The translations under genes and the position numbers were made by a program. The notes beneath the pieces were generated by a model that ran no database searches, was not told the DNA's origin, and was given only the letters and a program-made list of their open reading frames with translations. Shown piece by piece: positions 12,034 through 20,657 of a stretch of 64,000 bases of DNA. The DNA comes from Planctomycetota bacterium. GTDB lineage: Bacteria > Planctomycetota > UBA1135 > UBA2386. Every line of letters starts with the position of its first letter. Position 1 is the stretch's first letter. The stretch lies in NCBI GenBank assembly GCA_046290465.1, contig JBKAGP010000001.1, forward strand, positions 96,001-160,000. The letters run 5' to 3'.

Positions 12034-12188
12034 GCTGGACACTCATTCGCGCCGCAGCAATAACACCGCAGTCCATCCCGGTCAGAGATTGGACGACGGC
12101 GGTTAGCAGGGACCTCTCGGACACACCCTGTGCTCCTCGCGCAAGCGACCCAGCCTCGTCGGACCTGCTGGCTCCACAAGGTGCACAC

Positions 12189-13469
12189 TTGAAGAACCCC
12201 CTCACTCGTTCCCTGATCCCGACCGCGGCGCTGCTGGCGTTCGCGAGCCAAGTCGCTGCGCAGAATGCGCAGGAGTCGCTCGAGCAACGCGTTGCCGAGC
12301 TCGAAGCCCGTCTCGCCGCCCAGAACCCGGAACTGAGCCAGCAGGGCTCGTCCAACGGCGACACGCTCTCCAACCTGTTCAAGAACGGTCGCGTCGACTA
12401 CCGCCTCGGGCGCGGTCTGACGTTCTCGTCGCAGGACGCCGAGGACTTCTCGATCAACATCGGTGGTCAGGTTCAGGTCGGGTACCGCTACTCGGACGAT
12501 GATCCGACGAGCACGACCAACAGCGGCTTCGCCGTGCGCTCGTCGCGCATCCGCTTCGGCGGCAACGTCTTCTCGGACAAGGTCACCTACTTCGTCCAGA
12601 TGGACCCGTCGACGGGCGCCGACCTGGTCGATGCCTGGGCCGGCTGGCAGTTCCACGAGAACGTCAACCTGCGCCTCGGCCAGCAGAAGATGCGCTCGGG
12701 CCTGCAGGCCGACACGAGCATGGCGGACACCGACCTGGAGATGGTCAACCGCTCGATCGCCACGACGGCCTTCGCCAACCAGCGCGCCACCGGTGCCCTG
12801 TTCGAAGGCAACGCCGCCGAGGGCAAGTTCAACTGGCACGCGGGCCTGATGAACAACGGCACCGCCGGCATCGACGGTGCTGGGGTTCCGGGCAACACGG
12901 CGGCGCTGGTCGGCCTCGCCGGCCCCGCGCAGGCCAACCAGGTCGGCACCAGCGAGATCGGCTGGACCGCCGGTGCGAGCTACAGCAACATGGAAGGCAA
13001 CAGTGAGGACTGGTCGGAAGGTGACCTGGCCCACACCGGCAACCTCCACTGGATCGCTGGCGGCACGATCACGTCGGCCAACGAGGCCCTCGCGAACGGC
13101 GGCGACGCCATGACCATCAACCTGTTCGGCGGCCTCAAGGCCGGCAACGGCTTCGCCGGCCAGTTCGAGTACTGGCTGCGCGACAACGACGACCTGAACC
13201 GCGACGACGCGGGCTTCTACGGCCAGGTCTCCTACACGCTGAAGAAGAACGAGGGCGACAAGATCCAGTGGGGCGGCGTGCTCCGCTACTCGTCGGCCGA
13301 CTTCGACGGTCCGGAAGCGACCGAGATCTCGGGTGGCGTCAACGCCTACTACCACGAGCACAACCTCAAGACCCAGCTGCAGATCTCGAGCATCCAGTTC
13401 GACAACGCGGCCGGCACCGAGGTCAGCGACACGACCAGCATCGACCTGCTGTTCACGCTGGTGTTCTGA
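12189..13469 (+). CDS. Outer-membrane porin, OprO/OprP-like
   Basis: Signal peptide, coiled coil (LEQRVAELEARL), F.VRSSRIRFGG, DLVDAW, LRLGQQK, beta-strand alternation and a C-terminal Phe. Confidence 0.8.
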   Translation: MKNPLTRSLIPTAALLAFASQVAAQNAQESLEQRVAELEARLAAQNPELSQQGSSNGDTLSNLFKNGRVDYRLGRGLTFSSQDAEDFSINIGGQVQVGYRYSDDDPTSTTNSGFAVRSSRIRFGGNVFSDKVTYFVQMDPSTGADLVDAWAGWQFHENVNLRLGQQKMRSGLQADTSMADTDLEMVNRSIATTAFANQRATGALFEGNAAEGKFNWHAGLMNNGTAGIDGAGVPGNTAALVGLAGPAQANQVGTSEIGWTAGASYSNMEGNSEDWSEGDLAHTGNLHWIAGGTITSANEALANGGDAMTINLFGGLKAGNGFAGQFEYWLRDNDDLNRDDAGFYGQVSYTLKKNEGDKIQWGGVLRYSSADFDGPEATEISGGVNAYYHEHNLKTQLQISSIQFDNAAGTEVSDTTSIDLLFTLVF

Positions 13470-13494
13470 TCCGCACGGATCCGAGACCAAGCAC

Positions 13495-13524
13495 AACGGG
13501 GCGGCCATCGCGGCCGCCCCGTTT
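13495..13524. terminator. Intrinsic terminator between convergent barrel genes
   Basis: aacggggcggcc-atcgc-ggccgccccgttt. Confidence 0.65.
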
Positions 13525-13592
13525 GCATGTAGATCCGGCCGGCTCCGCCGGCAGCGCGCGTGCTCCGCGGCGGGGCGGCAGCGCGTTGCTGC

Positions 13593-14480
13593 CTAGAAGA
13601 ACGTCGACATGCCGAACTCGAAGATCAGCTCGGCGCCGTCGCCGCCGTTGCGCGCCTCGTTGTTGTCGCCGAGCAGCAGCGCGTGCAGGCCGACGTGGCC
13701 GACCCACGGGCCCATGCCCGCCGGCAGGAACTCGAGCGGCGCCGAGGCGACCCCGCCGAGCTGCAGGAAGCCGAAGAAGTCGTCGTCGCCGTTGGTGACC
13801 GGGCGCTCGTAGTAGCCGCCGGTGCCGAGGCCGAGGCGGACCGGCGTGGTCAGCACGACCGGCGCCTCACCGATCGCACCGATCTCGAACTGCGGCGCGA
13901 TGCCGAGCTCGACGTACTGGCCTTCGTCGCTGCCGCCGTCGCGCTGGTTGTTGAGCTCGATCGCGATCGTCGCGTACGGGTTGAGCGCGAAGTCCTCGAC
14001 TAGCACGCCGGTGTCGTCGAAGCGAACGTCGACCTGCAGCTCGGTGATGTTGCTGAGGCCGCGCGCGAAGCCGCCGTTGTTCGGCGTGCTGTAGAAGTTC
14101 AGGCGCGCGCCGACCTGGAAGCGCTCGCTGACCTGCGCGTTGGCGCCGAAGAAGAACCGGCTCTCGTACCAGACCCCGCCGACCCCGCCCGTGCCGGTCG
14201 GGCCGTCGTGCAGCGAGTTCCACTGGCCGAACACCAGGTCGACGGACTGTTCGCCGTCGTCGGCCTGCCACAGCTCGCTGTTCAGCTCGAGCCAGGGCTG
14301 GAAGATGATGCCCTGGTTCTCCTGCTGGATGCCGCGGAAGAAGTACTGCGAGGTGACGTCGAAGCCGAGGCGGCCGTCGATGGCGGCTTCGCGCGCGGCG
14401 AGGCGTTCTTCGAAGGTCGGCGCGTTCTGCGCGCACAGGGTCGAAGCGACGAGGAGCGAGGCAAGGATCGGATAACGCAT
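13593..14480 (-). CDS. Outer-membrane beta-barrel protein (TorF/Gcw_chp-like)
   Basis: Signal peptide; FDVTSQYFFRGIQQENQG..FQP N-terminal motif; ends GMSTFF. Confidence 0.7.
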   Translation of the reverse strand: MRYPILASLLVASTLCAQNAPTFEERLAAREAAIDGRLGFDVTSQYFFRGIQQENQGIIFQPWLELNSELWQADDGEQSVDLVFGQWNSLHDGPTGTGGVGGVWYESRFFFGANAQVSERFQVGARLNFYSTPNNGGFARGLSNITELQVDVRFDDTGVLVEDFALNPYATIAIELNNQRDGGSDEGQYVELGIAPQFEIGAIGEAPVVLTTPVRLGLGTGGYYERPVTNGDDDFFGFLQLGGVASAPLEFLPAGMGPWVGHVGLHALLLGDNNEARNGGDGAELIFEFGMSTFF

Positions 14481-14523
14481 CGCGGTATCGGACGCCCGGC
14501 GCGCTCCGGTTTCCAGCGCCGGG

Positions 14524-16116
14524 TCAGCTCCGGCGCCACTCGATCGACAGCGGGTCGCCGACGTAGTCGTTGCCGACCGACTTGAGCACCCGGAAGAACG
14601 GCCGCGAGCCCTGCGGGTCTTGCTCGAAGAACACGTGCAGCACGTTGTCGAAGCCGACCAGGTAGGTGGAAGGATCGAAGGCGCTCGTCGATTTCCCGCC
14701 CGACGGCGGCACCATGTCGACGAACAGGGGGGTGATGCCCTCGTAGCGCAGCATGTCGAGCATCGCCGCGATCAGGAACCGCTGGTCGCTGATCAGCGGG
14801 AACCGTTCGTGCAGCTGGAAGATGTTGTCGAACGCCATGCGCGCGACCGGCCGCGGCGTGCCGTCGGCGTGGCCGCCCTGCACCAGCCGGATCAGGTCCC
14901 AGGTGAACTTGCCCGGCGTGATGAACTCGGGATGCAGGTAGACGACGCGGAAGTCGTCGGCGAAGCGGCCGCCCTCGCCCAGGCACGCCGACAGCGCCGG
15001 TTCGCGCTGGCAGATCCGCCGGATCGCGTCGCGGTCCTCGCGCGTCGACACGAACAGCGCGCGTTCGCCCTGGTCGAGCGCCTTGGCGAGGAACCGCAGC
15101 GCCAGGTAGGTCGAGCGCGTGCCCGGCTCGCTGAGCAGGATCGTCGACGAGTGCCTGGTCGGCCCGCTGTCCTCGAGGAACGCGCGCTGCAGGTCCGGGT
15201 GGCCGAGGTCGATCGGCGTGTCGCCGCGCGAAGGTACCGCGAACTGCGCCTGGTCACGCGCCATCGACAGCTGGGCGGCGACCGACGGGTAGATGTGGAT
15301 GCCGGGGCCGCGTTCGTTGCGCGCGCCGAGGTAGACGTCGCGGGTGATGCCGCGGCCGGCGATCGAGAAGTGGTGCACGCCGCGGTAGTAGTACTGGTGG
15401 CGCGCCTTGCTGATCTCGATCGCGCGCACCTTGAAGTCGGTGGCCTCCTCGCGGAACGACAGGTGCAGCATCAGGTCGGTCGAGAACTCCTCGGCCGACG
15501 GCAGCCGCAGGTCGCGCGGATGGGCCTCCTCCATCACGAAGATGCCGTGGATCCTCGACTCGAGCAGCCGGCGCCGCGTCTCGAGCAGCGTCGCGCGCTT
15601 CTCGAAGTACTCGAGGTCGGTCAGCAGCAGGCCGACGTTGTCGATCACGACCATGCGCACCGGCGCGACGCGGCGGTGGTTCTCGATCTCGGCGAGGATC
15701 CACTCGATGTCGACGGTGGTGCCGCGCGCGTTCTTCTGCGTCAGCGCCGCCGGCTTGGCCTGCGTCAGCACCAGCTTGCGCGGCGCCTCCGACGCCTCGT
15801 GCGCCTTCAGCACCATCTTGTTTGGCACCTCGCGCGGCTCGGCCTCGACCTCGACGCCGCTGCGGAACCAGTCGAAGTCGAACGCGAGCTTCTTCTCGAT
15901 CGAGTCGGGGGTGTGTTCGACCGAGTAGTAGAGGAACGTGCCGTCCTCGCCGGAGAGCCACGCGCGCACGACCATCTCGAGCGCGAGCAGGGTCTTGCCG
16001 GTGCCGGGGCCGCCGGCGAGGCAGACGAACGCGGCCGAGTCGTCGGGGTAGCGGATGCCGCCGCCGAGGATGCCGTCGAGGCCGTCGATGCCGGTCTTCA
16101 GGATCGCGAAGCTCAC
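14524..16116 (-). CDS. KaiC/RecA-superfamily ATPase with two domains, the second degenerate
   Basis: KTGIDGLDGILGGG, Walker A GGPGTGKT, Walker B MVVIDN, EEFSTD, IEISKAR; second-domain P-loop reads EPGTRST. Confidence 0.85.
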   Translation of the reverse strand: MSFAILKTGIDGLDGILGGGIRYPDDSAAFVCLAGGPGTGKTLLALEMVVRAWLSGEDGTFLYYSVEHTPDSIEKKLAFDFDWFRSGVEVEAEPREVPNKMVLKAHEASEAPRKLVLTQAKPAALTQKNARGTTVDIEWILAEIENHRRVAPVRMVVIDNVGLLLTDLEYFEKRATLLETRRRLLESRIHGIFVMEEAHPRDLRLPSAEEFSTDLMLHLSFREEATDFKVRAIEISKARHQYYYRGVHHFSIAGRGITRDVYLGARNERGPGIHIYPSVAAQLSMARDQAQFAVPSRGDTPIDLGHPDLQRAFLEDSGPTRHSSTILLSEPGTRSTYLALRFLAKALDQGERALFVSTREDRDAIRRICQREPALSACLGEGGRFADDFRVVYLHPEFITPGKFTWDLIRLVQGGHADGTPRPVARMAFDNIFQLHERFPLISDQRFLIAAMLDMLRYEGITPLFVDMVPPSGGKSTSAFDPSTYLVGFDNVLHVFFEQDPQGSRPFFRVLKSVGNDYVGDPLSIEWRRS

Positions 16117-16181
16117 GCCACCAAGGTAGAGGTCGGCGGTCCGCGATGGAACGGCGCTGCGCCGTTCGCCAAGATGGGGGC

Positions 16182-16808
16182 GTGCTCGACGAACCGACCG
16201 ACTTCTGCCGGCTGTGGCTGCTGCGCCACCCCGAACTCGAATCCGCGCACACCGAGCTCGCCGTCGGCGCTGGCCCGGCCGACCTGAGCCGCCGCGGCCG
16301 CGCCCAGCTGCTGCGCTGGCTCGAGCTGTTCAAGGAGCGCGAGGTCGCGCTGGTCGCGAGCGGCCCGCAGCCGCAGTGCCTCGACGCCGCGCGCGGCCTG
16401 GCCGAGCACAAGCAGCTCGAGGTCAAGGTCGACGCGCGCCTGCGCGACCAGGAGATGGGCCAGTGGCAGGGCCGTTCGTGGGCGGACATCATGCGCGACC
16501 AGGAAGCGGCGGTGCGCACGTTCTTCAGCGAGTTCGGCGAGGCCGCCGCGCCCGGCGGCGAGACCCTGGGACAGTCCGTCGAGCGCATGCTGCAGTGGTG
16601 GACCGAGGTGATGCCGGAGGTGGCGGGCAAGGAGGTGATCGTGGTCGGGCCCGGGTCCCTGCTGACCGGCTTCACCGCGGCGATGCTCGGCATGCGGCTG
16701 TCGCGCTGCCTGTCGCTCAACCTGCCCTACGGCGGCATCGGCGCGCTCGACGCGTTCCAGAACGGCGTGCGGGTCGCGACGTGGAACGCGGATGCGATGG
16801 AGGGGTGA
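16182..16808 (+). CDS. Histidine phosphatase / phosphoglycerate mutase-family protein, atypical
   Basis: RLWLLRHP, LSRRGRAQ, DARLRDQEMGQWQG, PGGET; the usual second His (VSHGG) is replaced by VGPGS. Confidence 0.75.
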   Translation: MLDEPTDFCRLWLLRHPELESAHTELAVGAGPADLSRRGRAQLLRWLELFKEREVALVASGPQPQCLDAARGLAEHKQLEVKVDARLRDQEMGQWQGRSWADIMRDQEAAVRTFFSEFGEAAAPGGETLGQSVERMLQWWTEVMPEVAGKEVIVVGPGSLLTGFTAAMLGMRLSRCLSLNLPYGGIGALDAFQNGVRVATWNADAMEG

Positions 16809-16841
16809 GCGGCGCGGCCGTCGAGGTGATGGCGCAGACGC

Positions 16842-16905
16842 ACCGAACCCGGTTCAAGTTGCGCACTTCCGCCGGAGGCGGAAGTGCGACTGAACCGGGT
16901 TCGGT
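16842..16905. repeat. Long imperfect palindrome
   Basis: accgaacccggttca...cgcacttccgcc-gga-ggcggaagtgcg..tgaaccgggttcggt. Confidence 0.75.
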
Positions 16906-16920
16906 ATGCGGTGGTTGGGC

Positions 16921-16957
16921 CCGTTCGAGCAGCTCTCCGTTCGAGCAGTTCTCCGTT
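16921..16957. repeat. 16-bp tandem direct repeat (about 2.3 copies)
   Basis: ccgttcgagcagctct ccgttcgagcagttct ccgtt. Confidence 0.7.
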
Positions 16958-17003
16958 GCGGAAGGTCGCCGGTCCGGGGCGGGGCGCAGGCTACGCTGCC
17001 TCG

Positions 17004-18125
17004 ATGCCGCGCGTCCCGCTCGCCCTGTTGTCGTTGTTCGTCGCCTCCTCGCTGATCGCACAGGAAGCTCCGTACTATCCGGGCAAGTGGGGCGACTGGC
17101 AGACCGTCGCGGCCAGGGACGCCGGCTTCGACCAGGACCGCCTCGCCGCGGCCGTCGCGTTCGCCAAGCAGCACTTCGCACGCGACGGCGGCTTCGACCC
17201 GTCGCGCGAGCCGTACGGCGAGCGCATCGGTCCGGTCAAGCCGCCGTCGGGCATGAACGGCATGGTCGTCGTCGGCGGCAAGATCGTCACCGAGTGGGGC
17301 GACACCGGCGAGGTCGACATGACCTTCAGCATCACCAAGACCTACCTGTCGACGACGGCGGGGCTGGCGTTCGACCGCGGCTTGATCCGCGACGTGCAGC
17401 ACCGGGTGCGCGACTACGTGCAGGACGGCAGCTACGACACGGCCCACAACGGCGAGATCACCTGGCACCAGCTGCTCAACCAGACCAGCGGTTGGGAAGG
17501 CACGCTGTGGGGCAAGCCCGACTGGGCCGATCGCTACCGCCGCGAGCGTCGGCCGTCGGAGCAACCGGGCGAGCACTGGCGCTACAACGACGTGCGCGTC
17601 AACCAGCTGGCGCTGTCGCTGCTGCACGTGTTCCGCGAGCCGCTGCCGAAGGTGCTGCGCCGCGAGGTCATGGACCCGATCGGCTGTTCGCCGACCTGGC
17701 GCTGGCACGGCTACGAGAACTCCTGGGTCACGGTGGACGGCTCCAGGATGCAGTCGGTCAGCGGCGGCGGCCACTGGGGCGGCGGCATGTTCATCCGCAC
17801 CCGCGACCACGCGCGTTTCGGCCTCTTGATGCTGCGCAACGGCCGCTGGAAGGACCGGCAGCTGGTGTCCGAGAAGTGGATCGAGATGGCCAAGGTGCCG
17901 ACGCCGCAGAACCGGAAGTACGGCTACATGAACTGGTTCCTCAACAGCAGCGAGGAACACAAGCAGTACCGCAGCGCCCCGGTCGGCGACGTGTTCTTCC
18001 TCGGCGCCGGCACCAACCTGGTCTGGCTGTGCCCGTCCAGGGACATGGTCGTGGTGGTGCGCTGGCTGCAGGGCCGGCACGTCGACGCGTTCCTCGGCAA
18101 GGTGATCGACGCGTTCGAGCGCTAG
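17004..18125 (+). CDS. Secreted serine hydrolase, beta-lactamase class C-like family
   Basis: Signal peptide; SxxK (FSITKT), LLNQTSG, WRYND, WGGGM, YGYMNW. Confidence 0.9.
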   Translation: MPRVPLALLSLFVASSLIAQEAPYYPGKWGDWQTVAARDAGFDQDRLAAAVAFAKQHFARDGGFDPSREPYGERIGPVKPPSGMNGMVVVGGKIVTEWGDTGEVDMTFSITKTYLSTTAGLAFDRGLIRDVQHRVRDYVQDGSYDTAHNGEITWHQLLNQTSGWEGTLWGKPDWADRYRRERRPSEQPGEHWRYNDVRVNQLALSLLHVFREPLPKVLRREVMDPIGCSPTWRWHGYENSWVTVDGSRMQSVSGGGHWGGGMFIRTRDHARFGLLMLRNGRWKDRQLVSEKWIEMAKVPTPQNRKYGYMNWFLNSSEEHKQYRSAPVGDVFFLGAGTNLVWLCPSRDMVVVVRWLQGRHVDAFLGKVIDAFER

Positions 18126-18158
18126 GAGCGCGTCCACTACATGGACGCGCTCCTAGCG
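18120..18158. terminator. Perfect 17-bp hairpin overlapping the serine hydrolase stop codon, between convergent ORFs
   Basis: cgctaggagcgcgtcca-ctaca-tggacgcgctcctagcg. Confidence 0.6.
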
Positions 18159-18161
18159 TCG

Positions 18162-18413
18162 CTACGACTGCGTGTAGCGCGCCAGGTCGGCCATCGAGAA
18201 CGTGCCGCCCGAGCCGAGCGTCGGCGTCCACGGGGTCTCGGCGTTGACGTACGAGTCCTCGTCGTTGTGCAGCATCCGGATCAGCGTCAGCGCCACGATG
18301 CGGCCGCCGACGCCGGTCATCACGCCGCCGTTGTTCTCGGCCTCGGCGAGGATGTAGTACCACAGCGGCGTCTCGTCCAGCATCGCGGTGCGCACCTTCT
18401 GGATCGCGGCGGA
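18162..18413 (-). pseudogene. C-terminal remnant of a bacterial animal-type heme peroxidase
   Basis: TPLWYYILAEAE...GVGGRIVA.T...L..D..SY......W.PTL.....FSMADL matches the C-terminus of that family as I know it; an in-frame TAA lies just upstream and there is no room for the rest. Confidence 0.65.
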
Positions 18414-18461
18414 TTACGTATTGCGGCCCGGACAGGAAATCCCGGCGCGCGGCGGCCGGCG

Positions 18462-19787
18462 TCACCGGGGCTCGAGCAGGCCCGGCGGCTCGGCGCCGGC
18501 GTACGCGCACAGCCGCCGGAGGTAGTCCTCGTAGAACGCGGCCGAGCCGGCGACGTAGCCGGCGACCGAGATCCGGCCGAGTCCCTTCAGGCGCGTGGTC
18601 GTGTTGTCGAACCACAGGTCGGGCACGAGCGCGTCCGGCGCCGGCTCGCCGGTGCGTTCGCGATGCAGGCGCCGCGCCATGGCGAGCAGTCGGCCGCACA
18701 GCCAGCTGCGCTTGTGGCCCTTGTCGAGCAGCAGGAGGAAGTCGCGGCGCTGCTCGTCGTCGTCGACGGCGGCCGCGAGCAGCCGCGGCATCTCGGCCTT
18801 GGTCTTCGGTCCCCACTTGCCGTCGGTCGCGAGTGCGGTGGTGAACAGCTGGTTGGTCAAGGCCTGCAGCGCCGCCAGGCGGCACGAGCCCTGGCCCGAG
18901 TGGAAGTCGGCGAGCACGAACGCGAGCCGCGGGTCGTGGGTGATGCGCGGCGGGATGCCGGCCGGCGGCGCCTCGCCGTAGCGCTGCTCCCAGGCGTCGC
19001 GCAGCTTGCCGTCGTCGCGGTACTGCGGGAACCGGTGCAGCACGTCGAGGGTGCGCGCGCCGGCGACGCCGTCGAGCGCCAAGGCCTCGCCGGTCAGGTC
19101 GCTCAGCAGCTTCTGCTGCAGCGCGCGGGCGCGCGGCTCCGGATCGCGGGCCAGGTAGTCGCCCGATCGGCCGAAGGCCTGCGGCAGCAGGCCGGACGGA
19201 CCGGGGGTGTGCACCTGGCCGGTCAGGCAGCGGTCCGGCACGTAGTCGACGACGATCTCGTCGAGCACCGCGACGCAGGCGGCGACGCCGGTCTCGATGT
19301 CGAGCGACAGCGCCCGCACGTTGTGTCGATCGAGGCGCTGGCCGAGGGCCTGTTCGAAGTGGTCGTGCAGCCGCCAGCGCTGCACCTGCATCGGGCCGAT
19401 CGTGCGGATCGGATCGTCGACGCCGAGGTCGTGCGCCAGCTCCGGGACGACGCGCTGGTAGACCCATTCGAGGTCCGGCGCCAGGAAGTGCGACTCACGG
19501 CGGATCTGCGCGGTGACCAGCGCCAGGTAGCCGAGGTCGGCGGTGGGCGAGCTGCGCACGATGGCGCTGGCCCAGCGCGCCGGTTGCCGCACGCCGTCCT
19601 CCTGCAGCACCCGGCTCAGCGCCGAGACCAGCGGCTGCTGGCGCGCCGACAGCGGGGCGTGGCGGGCCGGACGTTCGGGCGGCTGCGGCCACGCGCGGCC
19701 GGCGTCGGCGACAACGCCGACGAGGTGGGCCGCACCGTAGGCGGCGAGCAGGACGAGCAGGATCCGACCGGCGATCTTGACGCGCAT
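18462..19787 (-). CDS. DUF1615-like exported protein with peptidoglycan-binding-type motifs
   Basis: N-terminal hydrophobic segment; AQIRRES.F, IRTIGPMQV, ADFHSG..SCR.AALQ; two L..DG..G..T motifs. Confidence 0.65.
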   Translation of the reverse strand: MRVKIAGRILLVLLAAYGAAHLVGVVADAGRAWPQPPERPARHAPLSARQQPLVSALSRVLQEDGVRQPARWASAIVRSSPTADLGYLALVTAQIRRESHFLAPDLEWVYQRVVPELAHDLGVDDPIRTIGPMQVQRWRLHDHFEQALGQRLDRHNVRALSLDIETGVAACVAVLDEIVVDYVPDRCLTGQVHTPGPSGLLPQAFGRSGDYLARDPEPRARALQQKLLSDLTGEALALDGVAGARTLDVLHRFPQYRDDGKLRDAWEQRYGEAPPAGIPPRITHDPRLAFVLADFHSGQGSCRLAALQALTNQLFTTALATDGKWGPKTKAEMPRLLAAAVDDDEQRRDFLLLLDKGHKRSWLCGRLLAMARRLHRERTGEPAPDALVPDLWFDNTTTRLKGLGRISVAGYVAGSAAFYEDYLRRLCAYAGAEPPGLLEPR

Positions 19788-19851
19788 GAAGCCCCTCCGA
19801 GGACCGCCACCGATGATTGCAGAACGGCTGCGAACGGCAAGGCGGCGGCCG

Positions 19852-20583
19852 TCATTCCTGCGAGGACTGGCGGTAGGCGGTCGCGGTCATGCCCATGTGC
19901 CGATGGAACTGGCGGGCGAGGTCGGCGTGGTCGTAGAAGCCGGCCGCGAGCGCGATCTCGGTGATCGGCCGGTCGCCGTCGGCCAGCAGCTCGCACGCTC
20001 GCATCACCCGCAGCTGCATCAGGTAGGCGCGCGGCGTCATCTGGAACGTCGCGCGGAACTTGCGGCTCAGCTGGCGGGTCGACAGGCCGACCATGCGCGC
20101 CAGCCGGCCGACGTCGAGCGGCTGGTCGTAGTTGGCCTTGAGGTGGTCGGCGACCTTGGCGAGGTCGAGGTAGGGCTGCAGGGCCGCGCGCTGGCCCTCG
20201 TAGCTGCGCACGGTGCCGCAGATGCCACAGATGCGGCCCTGCCGGTCGAACAGCGGCAGCTTGTCCGTGATCGACCACTCCGGGCTGCCGAGCTTGTTGG
20301 GGAACAGCTCGATCAGGTCGTAGAGCGACTCGCCGGTCGCGAGCACGCGTTCGTCGTCGCGGCGGTACTTGTCGGCCAGGGCCGCCGGGAACAGGTCGTG
20401 GTCGGTCCGGCCGACCAGTTGCTGCTCGCGCTCGAGGCCGCAGCGCGCGACGAACGCCTGGTTGCCCATGCGCAGCCGGAAGTCCCGGTCCTTGGCGAAC
20501 ATCATCGTGCCCGGGAGGCGGTCGAACAGCCGGCGGAACTGGCCCGCGGCGAGCTGCGCGGCCCAGCGGTCGTTGGCCTGCAT
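19852..20583 (-). CDS. AraC-family regulator with an N-terminal PAS-like domain
   Basis: FAKDRDFR...N..F...VGRTDHDLFP..LA..YR.DD..V (PAS); C-terminal double HTH ending ITEIALAAGFYDHA.LARQF...GMTA..YR. Confidence 0.92.
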   Translation of the reverse strand: MQANDRWAAQLAAGQFRRLFDRLPGTMMFAKDRDFRLRMGNQAFVARCGLEREQQLVGRTDHDLFPAALADKYRRDDERVLATGESLYDLIELFPNKLGSPEWSITDKLPLFDRQGRICGICGTVRSYEGQRAALQPYLDLAKVADHLKANYDQPLDVGRLARMVGLSTRQLSRKFRATFQMTPRAYLMQLRVMRACELLADGDRPITEIALAAGFYDHADLARQFHRHMGMTATAYRQSSQE

Positions 20584-20657
20584 GGCCGAAACATACACAC
20601 GAGAGCCCGAAAGCTACAAGCCGCGCCGGCGGCCTCCGGGTGTCATCGGTCGTGAAC

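Noticed and set aside
11951..12188. Replication origin
   Set aside because: Few good boxes, no clear AT-rich unwinding element, and no dnaA, dnaN or gyr genes nearby
17004..18125. Antibiotic-resistance beta-lactamase
   Set aside because: The SxxK fold is shared by many esterases and amidases; nothing specific for a true AmpC, and no mobile context
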